DNA from: Candidatus Saccharicenans sp. | GTDB taxonomy: Bacteria > Acidobacteriota > Aminicenantia > Aminicenantales > Saccharicenantaceae | Assembly (NCBI GenBank): GCA_030017715.1 | Contig: JASEIU010000004.1 | Coordinates: forward strand, 139,456 to 203,455 | Length of the DNA: 64,000 nt | Direction: 5' to 3' | Part shown: positions 62,336 through 64,000 of the stretch, one piece after another | Numbering within the stretch: the first letter of the stretch is position 1 | Layout of the letters: every line of letters begins with the position of its first letter | Notes under the pieces: generated by a model | What the model saw: only the letters and a program-made list of their open reading frames with translations | Told to the model about the DNA's origin: nothing | Database searches by the model: none | Position numbers and translations under genes: made by a program

Positions 62336-62728
62336 GTGCCAACAGTCAACCAACTGGTGCGAATGGGCAGGATGCCCAAGAAGTATAAGAGTAAAGCTCC
62401 GGCTCTTGATGCCTGTCCACAGAAGAGAGGAGTCTGCGTTCGTGTGTTCACCACCACTCCCAAAAAGCCTAATTCGGCTTTAAGAAAAGTGGCCAGGGTC
62501 AGGTTGACCAATAATGTCGAGGTAACTGCCTACATTCCCGGAATCGGACACAACCTGCAGGAACATTCGATTGTTCTAATCAGGGGCGGAAGAGTTAAAG
62601 ACCTGCCCGGCGTCCGGTATCACATCATCCGTGGTACGCTCGATGCCGAGGGAGTTCAGAATAGATTCCAGGGCCGTTCCCGGTATGGAGCCAAGAAGCC
62701 CAAGGAGAAAAAGGTTCCAGGCAAGTAA
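62336..62728 (+). CDS. rpsL: 30S ribosomal protein S12
   Basis: The sequence (M)[28 protein letters not shown].. is canonical. It has a GTG start. Confidence 0.95.
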   Translation: MPTVNQLVRMGRMPKKYKSKAPALDACPQKRGVCVRVFTTTPKKPNSALRKVARVRLTNNVEVTAYIPGIGHNLQEHSIVLIRGGRVKDLPGVRYHIIRGTLDAEGVQNRFQGRSRYGAKKPKEKKVPGK

Positions 62729-62748
62729 GCTGAGCGAGGAGAAAAGAT

Positions 62749-63219
62749 ATGCCGAGACGTGGAATTATCAGAAAGCGGAAGCCGCAACCGGACCCACTCT
62801 ATAATTCGACTCTGGTCGGGAGATTGATAAGCCTGGTTCTGAAAAAAGGCAAGAAGAGCGTGGCCGAGGATATTGTTTACGGCACCCTGGACCTTTTAAG
62901 ACAGCGGACCAAGGATGACCCGCTCAAAGTGCTGGAAAAGGCCATCGATAATGTCCGGCCTCTTCTGGAAACGAAATCCCGGAGGGTTGGCGGGGCCACT
63001 TATCAGGTTCCGGTGGAAGTTCCAGAACACAGGTCAATCTCTCTGGGAATGCGCTGGTTGGTGAAGTTTGCCAAAGAACGCGGCGGCAAGAGCATGGCCG
63101 AAAAGCTGGCGGCCGAAATTCTGGATGCACTGGCCAACAAAGGCGGAGCAGTAAAGAAGAGAGAAGATACCCATAAAATGGCTGAAGCCAACCGGGCTTT
63201 TGCGCATTATAAATGGTAA
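62749..63219 (+). CDS. rpsG: 30S ribosomal protein S7
   Basis: The sequence [20 protein letters not shown].. is canonical for S7. The product is 156 aa. Confidence 0.95.
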   Translation: MPRRGIIRKRKPQPDPLYNSTLVGRLISLVLKKGKKSVAEDIVYGTLDLLRQRTKDDPLKVLEKAIDNVRPLLETKSRRVGGATYQVPVEVPEHRSISLGMRWLVKFAKERGGKSMAEKLAAEILDALANKGGAVKKREDTHKMAEANRAFAHYKW

Positions 63220-63281
63220 AAATTATAAATACAGCCAGGCTGATAAATTTATTTTTTTTATATATATATGGAGAAGAAATT

Positions 63282-64000
63282 TCATGCGGTCGTGCCCGAT
63301 CGAACGAGTCAGGAACATTGGCTTCATGGCTCATATCGATGCGGGGAAGACTACAACTACGGAGCGGATTCTGTACTTCACCGGCATCACGTACAAGATG
63401 GGTGAGGTCGATGAGGGCACTGCCGTCATGGACTGGATGGTTCAGGAGCAGGAACGCGGTATTACCATAACAGCTGCCGCCACAACCTGTTACTGGAAAG
63501 ACCACCGGATAAACATAATCGACACCCCGGGACACGTCGATTTTACCGCCGAAGTGGAGCGGTCTTTAAGGGTCCTTGACGGGGCAATTATTATTCTCTG
63601 TGCCGTCGGGGGTGTGGAGTCTCAGTCGGAAACAGTCTGGAGACAGGCCGATAAGTATCGGGTTCCCAGAATTATTTATGTGAATAAGATGGACAGATTA
63701 GGTGCTGACCCGCTAAGAACAGTGGACGAGGTGCGTACCCGTCTGGGGGCCAGACCTCTGCCCATTCAGATCCCCATAGGAACCGAAGACAGATTTGTCG
63801 GAGTGATCGACCTGGTGGAGAAGCAGGAAATAGTCTGGAAAAGCGACCTGCCGGGAACCGACTTTGAGAAGAGGTCGATATCCGAATCCTATCTGGAAGA
63901 GGTTGAAGCCCGCAGGAAGGAGCTTTTGGAGGTCCTGAGCGAAGTCGATGATGAGTTGATGAAGAAGTACCTTGAAGATGAGGAAATTACTCCCCTGGAA
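63282..64000 (+). CDS. fusA: elongation factor G, 3'-truncated by the window edge
   Basis: The sequence [43 protein letters not shown] is present. The reading frame remains open to the end of the window. Confidence 0.9.

Overview
The window is a 64 kb stretch from a GC-rich, apparently diderm bacterium. The diderm call rests on a TamB/Omp85-like giant outer-membrane protein, a porin-like beta-barrel and lipoproteins. Most of it is ordinary core genome on both strands, with one clearly foreign segment.

Core genes, in order along the window:
- Left end: a truncated FAD/NAD oxidoreductase, an outer-membrane beta-barrel, purA, alr, and a 2111-aa TamB-like protein fused to a C-terminal POTRA/Omp85 barrel.
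- Then a TPR lipoprotein, a small Lys/Cys-rich protein next to a CDF metal exporter, an MBL hydrolase, and an Fe-S assembly operon (nfu-nifS-iscU) preceded by a perfect 25-bp palindrome.
- Then nadA, rubrerythrin, a site-2 protease with CBS domains, nth, an AmmeMemoRadiSam-type radical SAM enzyme, archease-rtcB with a convergent PolX, and a tandem ThyX-like protein.
- After the foreign island: thrC, a GAF/fRMsr protein, tyrS and purN-L-Q-S-B on the minus strand, and an ECF sigma/anti-sigma/LTXXQ operon.
- Right end: the classic tRNA(Thr-Tyr-Gly-Thr)-tuf-rpmG-tRNA(Trp)-secE-nusG-rplKAJL-rpoBC-rpsLG-fusA block. RpoB here carries an unusual double CxxC insertion.

The foreign segment is a ~7.4 kb strongly AT-rich island (about 27.95-35.45 kb) inserted between a lipoprotein gene and an Mth938-like gene. 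It encodes four co-directional, overlapping genes:
- a small XRE-HTH controller protein;
- an 827-aa beta-class N6/N4 DNA methyltransferase (DPPF, then FLGSGTT) with a ~420-aa unknown N-terminal extension;
- a 502-aa protein with no recognisable motifs;
- a 981-aa SF2 helicase (GSGKT, DEAH, SAT, QSVGRGVR) with a C-terminal PD-(D/E)xK nuclease motif.

This looks like a Type III-like restriction-modification system with an extra, undescribed middle component, and it is the best candidate for a novel defence system in the window. All motif calls are by eye; no database searches were possible.
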